Shown piece after piece: positions 17,655 to 27,261 of a stretch of 64,000 nt of DNA. A program made the position numbers and the translations under genes. The notes below the pieces were generated by a model that worked only from the letters and a program-made list of their open reading frames with translations, was not told the DNA's origin and did not search any database. Numbering within the stretch: position 1 is the stretch's first letter; every line of letters starts with the position of its first letter. Origin of the DNA: an uncultured Cardiobacteriales bacterium (GTDB lineage Bacteria > Pseudomonadota > Gammaproteobacteria > CAYWWW01); assembly GCA_964462205.1 (NCBI GenBank), contig CAYWWW010000009.1, positions 40,455-104,454 on the forward strand, given 5' to 3'.

Positions 17655-20525
17655 TTATCCTCGTGCGCCGCCAGATAAAGTCACCACTGGGCCTTTGCTG
17701 TTCACCCCAGCACTGCTACCCGTAATTTTAGGGTTGCTGACCGGCTGCTGTTTTTCTCGGCCTTTATTGGCAAAAGCGCCAACTGCTGGGATTTCTCGCA
17801 TCCCAGTGCTGCTGCGATAGGTCGGATTACGACCTTGCGACCACCGGCCTTCGGTGCCAGTCACCCGACTGTTACGCGCCCAATTATCGCCAGTGATGCG
17901 ACTTTCGCCATTATCAGTGACACGGCCTTCACCAGTCACTTGTTCGGCAGCAGGCGGCATAGCCTCGGCAGCTTGTACCTGCGAAACCTGCGAAGTTTTC
18001 GCAAGGTTGCTCTGATGATAATTTTGCGGTGTCAGCGAAACCGGCAACGGTGTCGGCAGTGGCCGGTCTTCGCGGTAACGAAACTCTGGTGTCCCCGAGA
18101 CTAAGCTATTGGCTAAATTGACCGGGCCGGTGATTTTTTCACTTGCCGCAAAAGCCGAGCCGGTAATCATCCGGCGTGCCGGTTGCCAACGGCGGCGGTC
18201 ATCGCTGGGATCGGCGCTGCTTGGCAGATTTCTATTCAGAGGTGGATTCGCTGTAGCCGACCACGCAGCGCTGGTAGGCAGTGCTGGTTGTACTACGGAT
18301 GCGGTACTGGATACCGTTGTTGCTGGCAACTCCGTATCGTCAACTTGCCTATCATCAACTTCTTGATAACCCGGCTTGTAGGTAACACAGAGATTAGCAA
18401 AATCAATTCCGGCAAGCGTTTCCGGCGCAACGCCAACACTCCGCAACGCCTCTATAAAGGCGCTTTTTGGCTGAGACAAGGTTTGATTTTCCTGTTGGCT
18501 TGAGAAAAATGTTTCCTGAGGCAGCAGAGCCTGGCTTTGTTGCCGGGACATAAGAACTTCAGGTCTTGTCGCTGAAAGCCTTTCTGAAGTCATTTCAGGG
18601 GTCATGTCCGCAAACATGGATGCGGCAACAGGCATTGACATGCCTAGCGCAGCACCATAGGGCGTACCGCTGATTGGTCGCGCACTGCCGACTTCGTTAC
18701 CTGTGACCAAGTTGGAACGCTCCAGCATGGCACCGGTGACCATTTGGCCACGGTTAGTATGACTGATGCCGACTTTCTCTGGACGCGGCATTGGGGTGCT
18801 CGGACAGTGGGCATAATGCTCCTGTCCGTAATATTCATTACCGGTGACGGGCAAACACCCCCCACGCGCGTCACCGGTTAATTTTGGGCGCGATGCCACG
18901 GCTGTGCCGCTGACCTCCCGCCCGGCTAAAGTTTTCATGCTATGGCTTTTCGCGCTGCGTCGGTCACAAAGCGCCGTCTCGCTGTACTGACTGCCGGTCA
19001 CTTGAGTGCAAGCGCCAGGCTCATTCCCGGTCACTTTTTCCGAACGCTCCACCGAGACACCGCTGATGCTTTGCCCGTGGCGCGTCGGCATCACCGAAAC
19101 ACGGTGCGGCGTGGACTTAGGTACGGTTTCGCAGAAGTTTTGGTAATGCTCATGAGAAAGGTACTCGGTGCCGGTAATGCCACGACAACTGCCAGTTTCA
19201 TTGCCGGTCACTTTGCCACTGCGATCCACGACGCTACCAGATACCGAACGTCCACTAAGCGTATGGGTCGTTTGCACTTTTTCGACACCGTTAATGGTCA
19301 AGCGAGCGCGGTGCATATCGGCATATTGGGTGCCAGTAATTTCCCGTTCAGCGCCAACCGCAACACCAGAAATTGGCCGATGGCGCGCTTCGTCGCTGCC
19401 GGTAATTTTCAAGGCTTTGCGTGGACTTTGGCTTTCAACGACTTTTTCTACCCGTGGCAAAAAACCACGGCCTGCGCAAAATTGTTCAAAACGTTCGCTG
19501 CCGAGATATTCGGTGCCGGTAATCGTATGACAAGTCCCGCTTTCGCCGCCGGTCACAGAAATTTTTGCCGGTGTCACTTCAACGCCGCTGACAGTTTGTC
19601 CCAAACTGGTTTGGCTTTGCCGAACTTTAGGCGGATTAGCCGAGGGTTTGCTTTCGCAGAATTGCTTGAACTGTTCTTGGCCGAGATACTCGGTGCCGGT
19701 GACCGCACTGCGGCACGAACCGCGCTCGTTACCAGTGACTTTTTCTGTACGCTCCACCTGAGTGCCAGTGACGAATTGCCCGGAGAGCGTAGTACCGACC
19801 TCGACTTTCTCTGGCAGCTCAAGAGACTTTGGGCGCACGCGACCACTTGGACGCTGATCGGCAGAAGTAGTCCCGCGACCATGCAGTGCGCGACTTTGCC
19901 GTAGTTGTTTGGCAGCTTCGCGGCAGCTTTGATCCTCTGGCGCACAATAAACCCCTTGCATCACCCCCATGCGGTTGACTTGACGGGCTTTGGTGAATTG
20001 GGCATTGGCGGCCTGGACATTTTTAGAAGCAGGTAAAGCGGCTTTGCCGTTATGTGCCAAAACCTGCCGACGCTGGCGACAAAAGTTACGAACATTCTGA
20101 ATATCCTCGCCAAAAGCAGTTTCCCGTGTCTCGGCTTGTTGGCAGAAATCGTCCAAAACATTGTTTGCAGCATCAGCCTTTGGCGGCGCATCGTGAAAAT
20201 CAGCGCCTTGAATGGGACGTGCCGGTTTTTTCAAGGCAGTTTTGCCATTTTGCGACACCGCTTGGCGACGCAAACGGCAGAGTTCACGCACACTATGGGT
20301 CTCCGTGCCAAAAGATACGCCGGCATCTACATGCTGACATAAATCAGTCAGTGGAGATGTCGGTGCTTTGGCGAAAGCTTCGCTTGTTGCGGCTTGGGGT
20401 GCAGGAAAACGTTGGCGGCCAGAGGTGGCGGCCACAGGCGCATGACTGCGTCCTGCTTTCGCCAGCGAACCCCGACGTTCCTGTGCCAAGGCGCGACCAC
20501 TTTTTGCAGTCGTTACAGGCATCAT
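17655..20525 (-). CDS. csoS2: CsoS2 carboxysome scaffold protein (disordered, repeat-containing)
   Basis: 956 aa. N-terminal basic repeats (e.g. CRxRRQxxxxNGKxAL) and multiple middle repeats (VTG..G.C..ITGTEYLG.E.F..FC). Canonical position after cbbS. Confidence 0.85.
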   Translation of the reverse strand: MMPVTTAKSGRALAQERRGSLAKAGRSHAPVAATSGRQRFPAPQAATSEAFAKAPTSPLTDLCQHVDAGVSFGTETHSVRELCRLRRQAVSQNGKTALKKPARPIQGADFHDAPPKADAANNVLDDFCQQAETRETAFGEDIQNVRNFCRQRRQVLAHNGKAALPASKNVQAANAQFTKARQVNRMGVMQGVYCAPEDQSCREAAKQLRQSRALHGRGTTSADQRPSGRVRPKSLELPEKVEVGTTLSGQFVTGTQVERTEKVTGNERGSCRSAVTGTEYLGQEQFKQFCESKPSANPPKVRQSQTSLGQTVSGVEVTPAKISVTGGESGTCHTITGTEYLGSERFEQFCAGRGFLPRVEKVVESQSPRKALKITGSDEARHRPISGVAVGAEREITGTQYADMHRARLTINGVEKVQTTHTLSGRSVSGSVVDRSGKVTGNETGSCRGITGTEYLSHEHYQNFCETVPKSTPHRVSVMPTRHGQSISGVSVERSEKVTGNEPGACTQVTGSQYSETALCDRRSAKSHSMKTLAGREVSGTAVASRPKLTGDARGGCLPVTGNEYYGQEHYAHCPSTPMPRPEKVGISHTNRGQMVTGAMLERSNLVTGNEVGSARPISGTPYGAALGMSMPVAASMFADMTPEMTSERLSATRPEVLMSRQQSQALLPQETFFSSQQENQTLSQPKSAFIEALRSVGVAPETLAGIDFANLCVTYKPGYQEVDDRQVDDTELPATTVSSTASVVQPALPTSAAWSATANPPLNRNLPSSADPSDDRRRWQPARRMITGSAFAASEKITGPVNLANSLVSGTPEFRYREDRPLPTPLPVSLTPQNYHQSNLAKTSQVSQVQAAEAMPPAAEQVTGEGRVTDNGESRITGDNWARNSRVTGTEGRWSQGRNPTYRSSTGMREIPAVGAFANKGREKQQPVSNPKITGSSAGVNSKGPVVTLSGGARG

Positions 20526-20543
20526 GCCCTCCTTGATCGCGTT

Positions 20544-20870
20544 TTAACGATAAACCACAAAAGACAAACCCTGACTTTGGGTGTAGTTATCATAAGCGAT
20601 CAAGCGCACCAAATGCGCAGGATGCTCACGATGGCAGGCTTCTAATTCACGCAATACCACATCCACGCTTTGCTCGCCAAACATTGGCAATTTCCACATA
20701 TACCAGTAATAGCTAAAAGAACGCTCAGGCTCGACATGCTCAACCGCTGGATTCCAACCTTGTTGTAAACAATATTTGATTTGTTCACGAACTTGTTCGG
20801 CGCTGAAAGGTGGCAAATAAGAAAAAGTTTCGTATTTAATCGTTTGCTTATAATCTTGTACATCAGACAT
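20544..20870 (-). CDS. cbbS: RuBisCO small subunit
   Basis: 108 aa; [22 protein letters not shown]... is a typical form I small subunit. Confidence 0.9.
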   Translation of the reverse strand: MSDVQDYKQTIKYETFSYLPPFSAEQVREQIKYCLQQGWNPAVEHVEPERSFSYYWYMWKLPMFGEQSVDVVLRELEACHREHPAHLVRLIAYDNYTQSQGLSFVVYR

Positions 20871-20903
20871 GGGGTTTACTCCTAGCTTTGGTTTTTCTAA
20901 AAA

Positions 20904-22325
20904 TTAGCGATTTTGCACGTCGAGTTTATCAACAGTATCAAACTCAAACTTGATTTCTTTCCAAGTTTCCATGGCAATTTTGAGTTCAGGGCTTTGTTTA
21001 GCAGCATTGGTCAAAATTTCTTTGCCTTCTTTTTCTAATTGACGACCACGGTTGCGCGCCTCCACGCAGGCTTCCAAGGCCACACGGTTGGCGGCAGCAC
21101 CAGCGGCGTTGCCCCAAGGATGGCCTAACGTACCACCACCAAATTGCAATACGGAATCATCGCCAAAAATATTAACCAAAGCCGGCATGTGCCATACATG
21201 GATACCGCCCGAAGCCACCGCGAAAACGCCTGGCATAGATCCCCAATCTTGATCAAAGAAAATACCGCGTGCGCGATCTTCGGGAATAAAAGATTCACGT
21301 AGTAAATCAATCCAACCTAAGGTAGCACCACGGTCGCCTTCCAATTTACCAACCACCGTGCCGGTATGCAGGTGATCGCCGCCTGATAAGCGTAAAATTT
21401 TAGCCAAAACGCGGAAGTGAATCCCGTGATGCGGATTGCGGTCAATAACCGCGTGCATGGCACGGTGAATATGTAATAAAATTCCATTTTTCCGACACCA
21501 ACGCGCCAGACCGGTATTGGCACAAAAACCACCGGTGATGTAGTCGTGCATGATGATGGGCATCTCGAGTTCTTTAGCAAACTCAGCGCGTTCATACATT
21601 TCTTCCGGGCTTGGTGCGGTCACGTTTAAGTAGTGCCCTTTACGCTCGCCAGTTTGGGCTTCTGAGGCATGGATAGCGTCGGCGACAAACAAGAAACGAT
21701 CACGCCAACGCATAAAAGGTTGCGAGTTAATGTTTTCATCGTCTTTGGTAAAGTCCAAACCGCCGCGCAAGCATTCATAAACGGCACGGCCATAGTTTTT
21801 GGCGGAAAGACCGAGTTTGGGTTTGATGGTGCAACCTAATAATGGACGGCCATATTTGTCCATTTTGTCGCGTTCTACTTGAATGCCATGTGGTGGGCCG
21901 TTACAGGTTTTGACATAGGCCAAAGGAAAACGCACATCTTCTAAGCGCAAAGCACGGATGGCCTTGAAACCAAAAACGTTACCGACCAAAGAAGTAAAGA
22001 CGTTGACAACCGATCCTTCTTCAAAAAGATCAATCGGATACGCAACAAAAGCATAAAAACAAGTGTCATCACCAGGTACATCTTCAATGTGATAGGCACG
22101 ACCTTTGTAGTAATCCATATCGGTCAATAAATCAGTCCAAACCGTTGTCCAAGTACCGGTGGAAGATTCTGCTGCTACCGCTGCGGCGGCTTCTTCCCGA
22201 TCAACGCCTGGCTGTGGCGTAATTTTGAAACATGCCAATAAATCCGATTCCAATGGGACGTAATCCGGCATCCAATAGGTTTGCCGATATTCTTTAACCC
22301 CCGCCTTATAACTTTTGACGGCCAT
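20904..22325 (-). CDS. cbbL: RuBisCO large subunit, form IA
   Basis: 473 aa with full-length match to RbcL, including the active-site region [14 protein letters not shown]. Confidence 0.95.
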   Translation of the reverse strand: MAVKSYKAGVKEYRQTYWMPDYVPLESDLLACFKITPQPGVDREEAAAAVAAESSTGTWTTVWTDLLTDMDYYKGRAYHIEDVPGDDTCFYAFVAYPIDLFEEGSVVNVFTSLVGNVFGFKAIRALRLEDVRFPLAYVKTCNGPPHGIQVERDKMDKYGRPLLGCTIKPKLGLSAKNYGRAVYECLRGGLDFTKDDENINSQPFMRWRDRFLFVADAIHASEAQTGERKGHYLNVTAPSPEEMYERAEFAKELEMPIIMHDYITGGFCANTGLARWCRKNGILLHIHRAMHAVIDRNPHHGIHFRVLAKILRLSGGDHLHTGTVVGKLEGDRGATLGWIDLLRESFIPEDRARGIFFDQDWGSMPGVFAVASGGIHVWHMPALVNIFGDDSVLQFGGGTLGHPWGNAAGAAANRVALEACVEARNRGRQLEKEGKEILTNAAKQSPELKIAMETWKEIKFEFDTVDKLDVQNR

Positions 22326-22440
22326 GCTTAGTCTCCTTGAGTTTAGTACGTTATGAAAATAAAAAGAGCATAGCTTTGCCGCAGCTATAGAACAAATTGA
22401 AATAAAATATGAACAGCATAGATTAAAGTCTATATTAGAG

Positions 22441-22476
22441 AATAAAAAAAATGGCAGCGATTGATCTCACTGCCAT
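22441..22476 (-). terminator. rho-independent terminator between receiver-like gene and cbbL promoter region
   Basis: Hairpin atggcag...ctgccat followed, on the minus strand, by a T7 run. Confidence 0.5.
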
Positions 22477-22497
22477 TTTTTAGCGATTTTTGTTTTT

Positions 22498-22878
22498 TTA
22501 GAAAACACCAGCAATTTTTTTTGCGGGCAGTCGGCTTGGTTGTTGACGCAAACAATATTGCAATAAGGTTTCTACTTCGCTTGAGCGTAACGGCTTATGT
22601 AATAAAAAAGTTTTTTTATAGCCTCCAGGCATTTCTGCACTGCTATAGGCCACGGCTTGATGCAAGGCACCAAGACCAAAAGAGCTGTAGGTTTTGTATT
22701 GATCAGCACCTTTGGAATTATCAATATCAATCACCAAAAAATCTGCTTGGACATGATCATCGCTGAAAAAAAACACATTTTTATATTCGCCATTCAGCAC
22801 ACGAATAAAGGTTCGCAGCAATTTTTTTTCGCTTTCAGACAAAAAGATAGCGCTGATTTTGATCAAGTGTGCTGGCAT
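22498..22878 (-). CDS. stand-alone CheY-like receiver (REC) domain protein with degenerate acid pocket
   Basis: Alignable to CheY: the phospho-acceptor D is in FLVIDIDN, with Ser (YSSAE) and Lys (HKP) at the conserved T/K positions. The N-terminal DD pair is replaced by SES. Start chosen at the internal Met (MPAHLIK...). Confidence 0.4.
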   Translation of the reverse strand: MPAHLIKISAIFLSESEKKLLRTFIRVLNGEYKNVFFFSDDHVQADFLVIDIDNSKGADQYKTYSSFGLGALHQAVAYSSAEMPGGYKKTFLLHKPLRSSEVETLLQYCLRQQPSRLPAKKIAGVF

Positions 22879-23018
22879 AAATGACTCCGAGAAAATGAAA
22901 AAGATGGAACGGTTTTTCAAGCCTATTTCTCGAAACAGTAGTATAAAAATGTAAAGTCACTTTCTTTTGAAATTTACCTTTCTTTATGCCGGAAGTAAAA
23001 AAAGTGTAACAAAACGGC

Positions 23019-24371
23019 TTATTGCAAAGCCATAAAAAAAACAAAAATCACTAAACAAGGAACTATTAAATAAGGAATCTTACTTAAAGAAAAAAAACTT
23101 TTTAGACCAAATCTTTTATTTTCCAATGATTGCACATTGCGCGTCCCCCAAATATTGCGATCAGCCATACTCATCAACGCATATAAACGAATCATTGGCA
23201 TCACGGTGATAAGTAATAAAACATGCTTAAAAAAAAGTTTGAGATCAAAAATTTCTTGACGGACAAACTGATAATTTCTCAAAAGAAAACTCAAAAAAAT
23301 ACCCATCACAATCAAAATAATATGCAGAAAAAATAGCCAACCATAATCTGGCATTGCTGACAAACCCGAACGAAAATTTAAAACTGTAAAAAACGTAGCG
23401 CTGTAAAAATAAAGAATAAAAAACGGAATAAGCATTTCGCTATAAAAGAAAAAACCCAAGAGCGGTTTTTCCAATAGTAGCAGTTGCCACTGTTTGAGAT
23501 TATTCAATTGCGACCCCCGCGCCCAACGGGTTTGTTGTTTGAAAAATTTACCAAAATTTTCCGGCGCATCGGTATAAACCCGACTGGTTTCTTGATAAAC
23601 CGTTTGAAATCCAGCTTTTAAGGTGTAATAGGTCAAAGAACGATCATCGGAAAACTCGACCTTTTTCCCCAGAAATTGCTCATTAACAAACTGCGGTAAC
23701 GCCGCATAAACAATTGCCGTGCGAAAGGCAATGGTACGGCCAGGCAAACAGCCGATTTGGCCAAAATACGATAAAAACCGCAAACCTAAGTGATTGCGCA
23801 AATACTCAATCCAATCGCCGAAACGGGTATAAAAACTGCGCTGCGCATTGAAAATCCGCTGCTGCGTCGTGACCCCACCGACCCTGGCTTCGGCAAATGG
23901 TTTGACCAATTCCATCAAGGTATTTTCCGTCCACAGCGTATCGCTATCCACTAAAACAACAATCTCGGCGCGATGTTTTTCTTTTGCTAAAGCAATTCCT
24001 TCCGCCAAGGCATTGCGCTTGCCTGGTATTTTTGTCCAATACCAATAGATGTCAGCAAAATCTTGGCAAATTTCTTCAATTTTTTCATTGCGCTGGCCGT
24101 TGATAATGACAGTGATTGTCGCGGCATTGGGATACTTTTTTGCAGCCTCACTAATTTTAGTTAAAACCTTTCTAAATAACCCTTCATCTTCATCAGCGAC
24201 CGGAATCAGGATAGAAACACTCGGCGTAAAAGTTGCCACAAAAGGCCGATAATTACTGGCAAAAGCCGTGTAAATTAACCATCTCCCAATGATAAATAAA
24301 TAAAAAAACAAAAATAATTGCAAAGCCCCCGTGAGCAATAACTCATAAAACTGAAAAGCAGCGGTGTACAT
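23019..24371 (-). CDS. family-2 processive glycosyltransferase (NodC/HasA/cellulose-synthase-like), membrane-integrated
   Basis: 450 aa with an N-terminal TM, GT-A core motifs (VDSDT DxD-like) and QQTRW (QxxRW). Several C-terminal TM helices. Confidence 0.7.
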   Translation of the reverse strand: MYTAAFQFYELLLTGALQLFLFFYLFIIGRWLIYTAFASNYRPFVATFTPSVSILIPVADEDEGLFRKVLTKISEAAKKYPNAATITVIINGQRNEKIEEICQDFADIYWYWTKIPGKRNALAEGIALAKEKHRAEIVVLVDSDTLWTENTLMELVKPFAEARVGGVTTQQRIFNAQRSFYTRFGDWIEYLRNHLGLRFLSYFGQIGCLPGRTIAFRTAIVYAALPQFVNEQFLGKKVEFSDDRSLTYYTLKAGFQTVYQETSRVYTDAPENFGKFFKQQTRWARGSQLNNLKQWQLLLLEKPLLGFFFYSEMLIPFFILYFYSATFFTVLNFRSGLSAMPDYGWLFFLHIILIVMGIFLSFLLRNYQFVRQEIFDLKLFFKHVLLLITVMPMIRLYALMSMADRNIWGTRNVQSLENKRFGLKSFFSLSKIPYLIVPCLVIFVFFMALQ

Positions 24372-24477
24372 TTTTCAAACCATGGCAAACAAAATAAAAG
24401 GAAAAATAAATTTTTTCAGATTATAAAATACTACTGGCTAAAAAATTAAAAAATTTACGCAGGCGGAAGCAGCGGTT

Positions 24478-24503
24478 GTAACCAAAGCACCAACCTCGGC
24501 GAA
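24478..24503 (+). promoter_or_regulatory. ECF sigmaF-type promoter motif GTAACC-N16-CGAA upstream of bufA
   Basis: GTAACC at 24478-24483, a 16-nt spacer, then CGAA at 24500-24503. This matches the Caulobacter SigF regulon consensus as recalled, and an ECF sigma/NrsF pair is encoded nearby. Confidence 0.5.
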
Positions 24504-24573
24504 TAAATCGCTTGAACGCCAGGCAAAAATGCGCTTCGGTGTTCATTTTTTACACAAACTTTTGGAGAAAATC

Positions 24574-24909
24574 ATGGAAAAGAAAGCCTTATTTGGTGCA
24601 GTATTGGCTGGTATCGTTGCTGCTGGTGTTTCCAGTTCGGCCTTGGCTGCTGAAAAATGCTATGGCGTTGCGAAAGCGGGTAAAAATGATTGTGGCGCGG
24701 CCGATGGCTCGCACGCTTGCGCTGGTTTATCAACAATGGATTACGATCCTAAAGAATGGAAATATGTCCGCTCTGCTGAAAAATGCCAAGAAATGGGCGG
24801 TTCTTTAACGCCAATGATGATGGAAGAAAAACACACTTGCGCTGGTAAAAACAGTTGTGCCGCTGGCGAAGAAAAACATAGCTGCTCTGGCAAAAATAGC
24901 TGCGCTTAA
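24574..24909 (+). CDS. bufA: DUF2282-family bufferin precursor (BufA-like RiPP) with Cys-rich C-terminal repeat extension
   Basis: A signal peptide is followed by a core EKCYGVAKAGKNDCGAADGSHACAG...GSLTP typical of DUF2282. A GGAG ribosome-binding site precedes the ATG. MNIO and DUF2063 genes follow immediately. Confidence 0.7.
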   Translation: MEKKALFGAVLAGIVAAGVSSSALAAEKCYGVAKAGKNDCGAADGSHACAGLSTMDYDPKEWKYVRSAEKCQEMGGSLTPMMMEEKHTCAGKNSCAAGEEKHSCSGKNSCA

Positions 24910-25000
24910 TTTTTTCTAAGACTTTTCAAAGACCTTTACCTTCAAAAGCCAGAAATTTTTCTGGCTTTTTTCATCTATGTAATCTATTAGCGGGGGAAAA

Positions 25001-25831
25001 ATGCTTGGTTTTGGCTTAGGCTTACGCGCCGCACATTATGACACCATTGTGAGCGAGCGGCCCAAAGAAGTGCAATGGTTTGAAATTATTTCAGAAAATT
25101 ATCTTTCTCTTGAACAACATTGGATTTTAGAAAACCTGCGCCAAGATTATCCTTTGGTTATGCACGGTGTGGCCTTGTCGCCTGGCGGCCTTGACCCGAT
25201 AGATAACGATTACTTAAAAAAACTCAAAACCTTGGCAGATCGCTTGGAAGTGGCTTGGCTTTCCGATCATCTCTGTTTTACTTATTTAGGAAATCATTAT
25301 AGTCATGATTTATTACCGATTCCCTATAATGAATCCAGCTTAAAGCATCTCATTTCACGGCTTCATTATATTCAAGACTATTTACAACGTCCCATCGCTT
25401 TGGAAAACGCTTCTTCCTATTTGGAATATCAAACCTCTACGATGACGGAGCCAGAATTTTTTACGGCTTTGCATCACGCCACCGGTTGCGGCATTTTGTT
25501 GGATATCAACAATGTCTTTGTTTCCTGTTTTAACCACCATTGGAATCCTTACACCTATATTGACAACATCCCAAAGCAAGCGATTTGGCAATATCATTTG
25601 GCCGGTCACACCGACAAAGGCAGCCATAAAATTGACACCCACAATGCACCTTTAATTAAAGAGGTCCTTGATCTTTATGCGTATGCGTTAAGAACAAAAG
25701 GCTTATACAGCACGATGATTGAATGGGACAGCAATATCCCACCTTTTTCGGTTTTATTGGCCGAGTTACACCAAGCCAAAATTCTTGCCAACAACAGCAT
25801 TGCGGTGCCCGATGTCCAAGATCACGCCTGA
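25001..25831 (+). CDS. bufB: DUF692 / MNIO (multinuclear non-heme iron oxidative) enzyme, BufB-like
   Basis: 276 aa of the TIM-barrel xylose-isomerase-like DUF692 family (MLGFGLGLRAAHY... start). It lies next to the DUF2282 precursor and the DUF2063 partner. Confidence 0.8.
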   Translation: MLGFGLGLRAAHYDTIVSERPKEVQWFEIISENYLSLEQHWILENLRQDYPLVMHGVALSPGGLDPIDNDYLKKLKTLADRLEVAWLSDHLCFTYLGNHYSHDLLPIPYNESSLKHLISRLHYIQDYLQRPIALENASSYLEYQTSTMTEPEFFTALHHATGCGILLDINNVFVSCFNHHWNPYTYIDNIPKQAIWQYHLAGHTDKGSHKIDTHNAPLIKEVLDLYAYALRTKGLYSTMIEWDSNIPPFSVLLAELHQAKILANNSIAVPDVQDHA

Positions 25832-26588
25832 ATTTGTCAAAGAAATGCACGTTTTTTTTCAAGCAGTTGCTGAGCAGAATCCAGACGATAGCACCTGGAT
25901 GAAAACCAGCAAAGCCAATTTCAGCAGCGCCGAGCGTCTGCACGTCTATGCCTACGCCTACCGCCAACGCCTGCTGGAAGCCGTGATGAGCGATTATCCG
26001 GCCACGTCTTTTTTTCTAACCCCGGAAATTTTTCAAAGTTACGCGCAACAATTTGTTACTGAACACCCGTCGCGGCATTGGGATTTAAATCTTTATTCTA
26101 TCGCTTTTGCCAACTGGTTGACGGCAAAAAATCCGGCCGCCGCAAGCATTGCAGCGGTTGAATCGGCCATCGTTGCTGCCTATTGGCATCCGAATGAAGC
26201 AACTTTGGCAGCAGATTTTTTTAGTCAAATTAGCGAAGAACAACTGATGACCGGACGTTTTATTCGCAAAGCCAAGGCCATTTTGCTTAAACTTGACTAT
26301 GCCGCAGAGGATTTCCTGGAAGCCTTTCGCCAAGGCAATCCCCTGCCATTATTACCGCAAAAACAATATCTGCTGCTTGGCAAATATCAAGGCATAGTGA
26401 AACGAATAATTTTGGAAAATCAAGAAGTTTACTTTTTAGAATCTTTGGCAACAGGCAAAACCTTAGGGGAAAGCGTTGACCTGTGGCTTGCACAGCATCC
26501 CGATGCCGAAGCAGCACTAATCAAGGCATTACCGCTTTATTTTCAACGCTGGTTTACCTTGGGGATTTTTTCAGATTTTTATCATTAA
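25812..26588 (+). CDS. bufC: DUF2063 domain protein, BufC-like partner of MNIO
   Basis: About 258 aa. The start ATG at 25812 overlaps the MNIO 3' end by 20 nt. This is the canonical DUF692-DUF2063 pairing. Confidence 0.65.
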   Translation: MSKITPEFVKEMHVFFQAVAEQNPDDSTWMKTSKANFSSAERLHVYAYAYRQRLLEAVMSDYPATSFFLTPEIFQSYAQQFVTEHPSRHWDLNLYSIAFANWLTAKNPAAASIAAVESAIVAAYWHPNEATLAADFFSQISEEQLMTGRFIRKAKAILLKLDYAAEDFLEAFRQGNPLPLLPQKQYLLLGKYQGIVKRIILENQEVYFLESLATGKTLGESVDLWLAQHPDAEAALIKALPLYFQRWFTLGIFSDFYH

Positions 26589-26605
26589 CTTGTTGTTTTA
26601 ATGAT

Positions 26606-27250
26606 TTACCAACGAAGAAAGAGCCGCTCTAGTCCAATACCGAGAAGTAAAAAAATAAGCATCGGCAAATAACACCAGGGCGTAAAAAATTCCACCGGCG
26701 TAATAGCCAAAAGACGAAGCGTTAAATAGGCCATGCCGCTGACCGCCAAAGCGGCAAAAAAGCCCGTCCAACAACATGCCGCAGGTGCTGAAAAGCGCAA
26801 TAGCCAAGCCAGCACAATGCCTGGTAGCAGCGTCAATAACATCACTTTGAAAAACAAAAAATATTGCAGATGACCAAGAATGGCCACTAATTCTGCCCAG
26901 GAAAATTGCAGCATCCCAATGCCGACCACCAACCACAGCGGCAAAGTCAAAAGACTATTCAACCACCAAGGACGCTTGCCATCGGGTACAGCACTCAAAA
27001 TACTCGCCACCATACTGACGACTATCATCAATAAATAACCAAGGGTTTCAATAAGAAACAGCGTATTATTGAACAAATGACTGGCATCCGCCTGCACACC
27101 GAAAATCAGCAATAAAGCTAAAAAATACAAAAGCAAACTGGTAAAGCCCAACCAAAGTTTGCGCTGTGGCGACCAGCGTTGCGTCATCTGGATGCCGGCG
27201 GTGAGCATCTGAATGGTCTGCTCGACTTTATTCATAGAAATTTTATTCAT
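26606..27250 (-). CDS. nrsF: NrsF-like (DUF1109) membrane anti-sigma factor
   Basis: 214 aa with six predicted TM helices and conserved Cys (CCW, WCY). It lies immediately downstream of an ECF sigma gene with a 12-nt gap. Confidence 0.55.
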   Translation of the reverse strand: MNKISMNKVEQTIQMLTAGIQMTQRWSPQRKLWLGFTSLLLYFLALLLIFGVQADASHLFNNTLFLIETLGYLLMIVVSMVASILSAVPDGKRPWWLNSLLTLPLWLVVGIGMLQFSWAELVAILGHLQYFLFFKVMLLTLLPGIVLAWLLRFSAPAACCWTGFFAALAVSGMAYLTLRLLAITPVEFFTPWCYLPMLIFLLLGIGLERLFLRW

Positions 27251-27261
27251 GGCAATGTTAT

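Noticed and set aside
18942-19904. 320-aa plus-strand ORF (and several shorter ones at 17835-20645) overlapping csoS2
   Set aside because: It lies entirely antisense to the well-supported csoS2 gene. It is a GC-rich repetitive region with an Arg/Ala-rich low-complexity translation typical of spurious antisense frames.
22835-23044. 69-aa ORF between the receiver-like gene and the GT2
   Set aside because: It overlaps the 3' end of the GT2 gene and the 5' extension of the receiver ORF, and has no RBS or recognisable fold.
25382-25967. Minus-strand 86-aa and 103-aa ORFs
   Set aside because: Antisense to the MNIO and DUF2063 genes.
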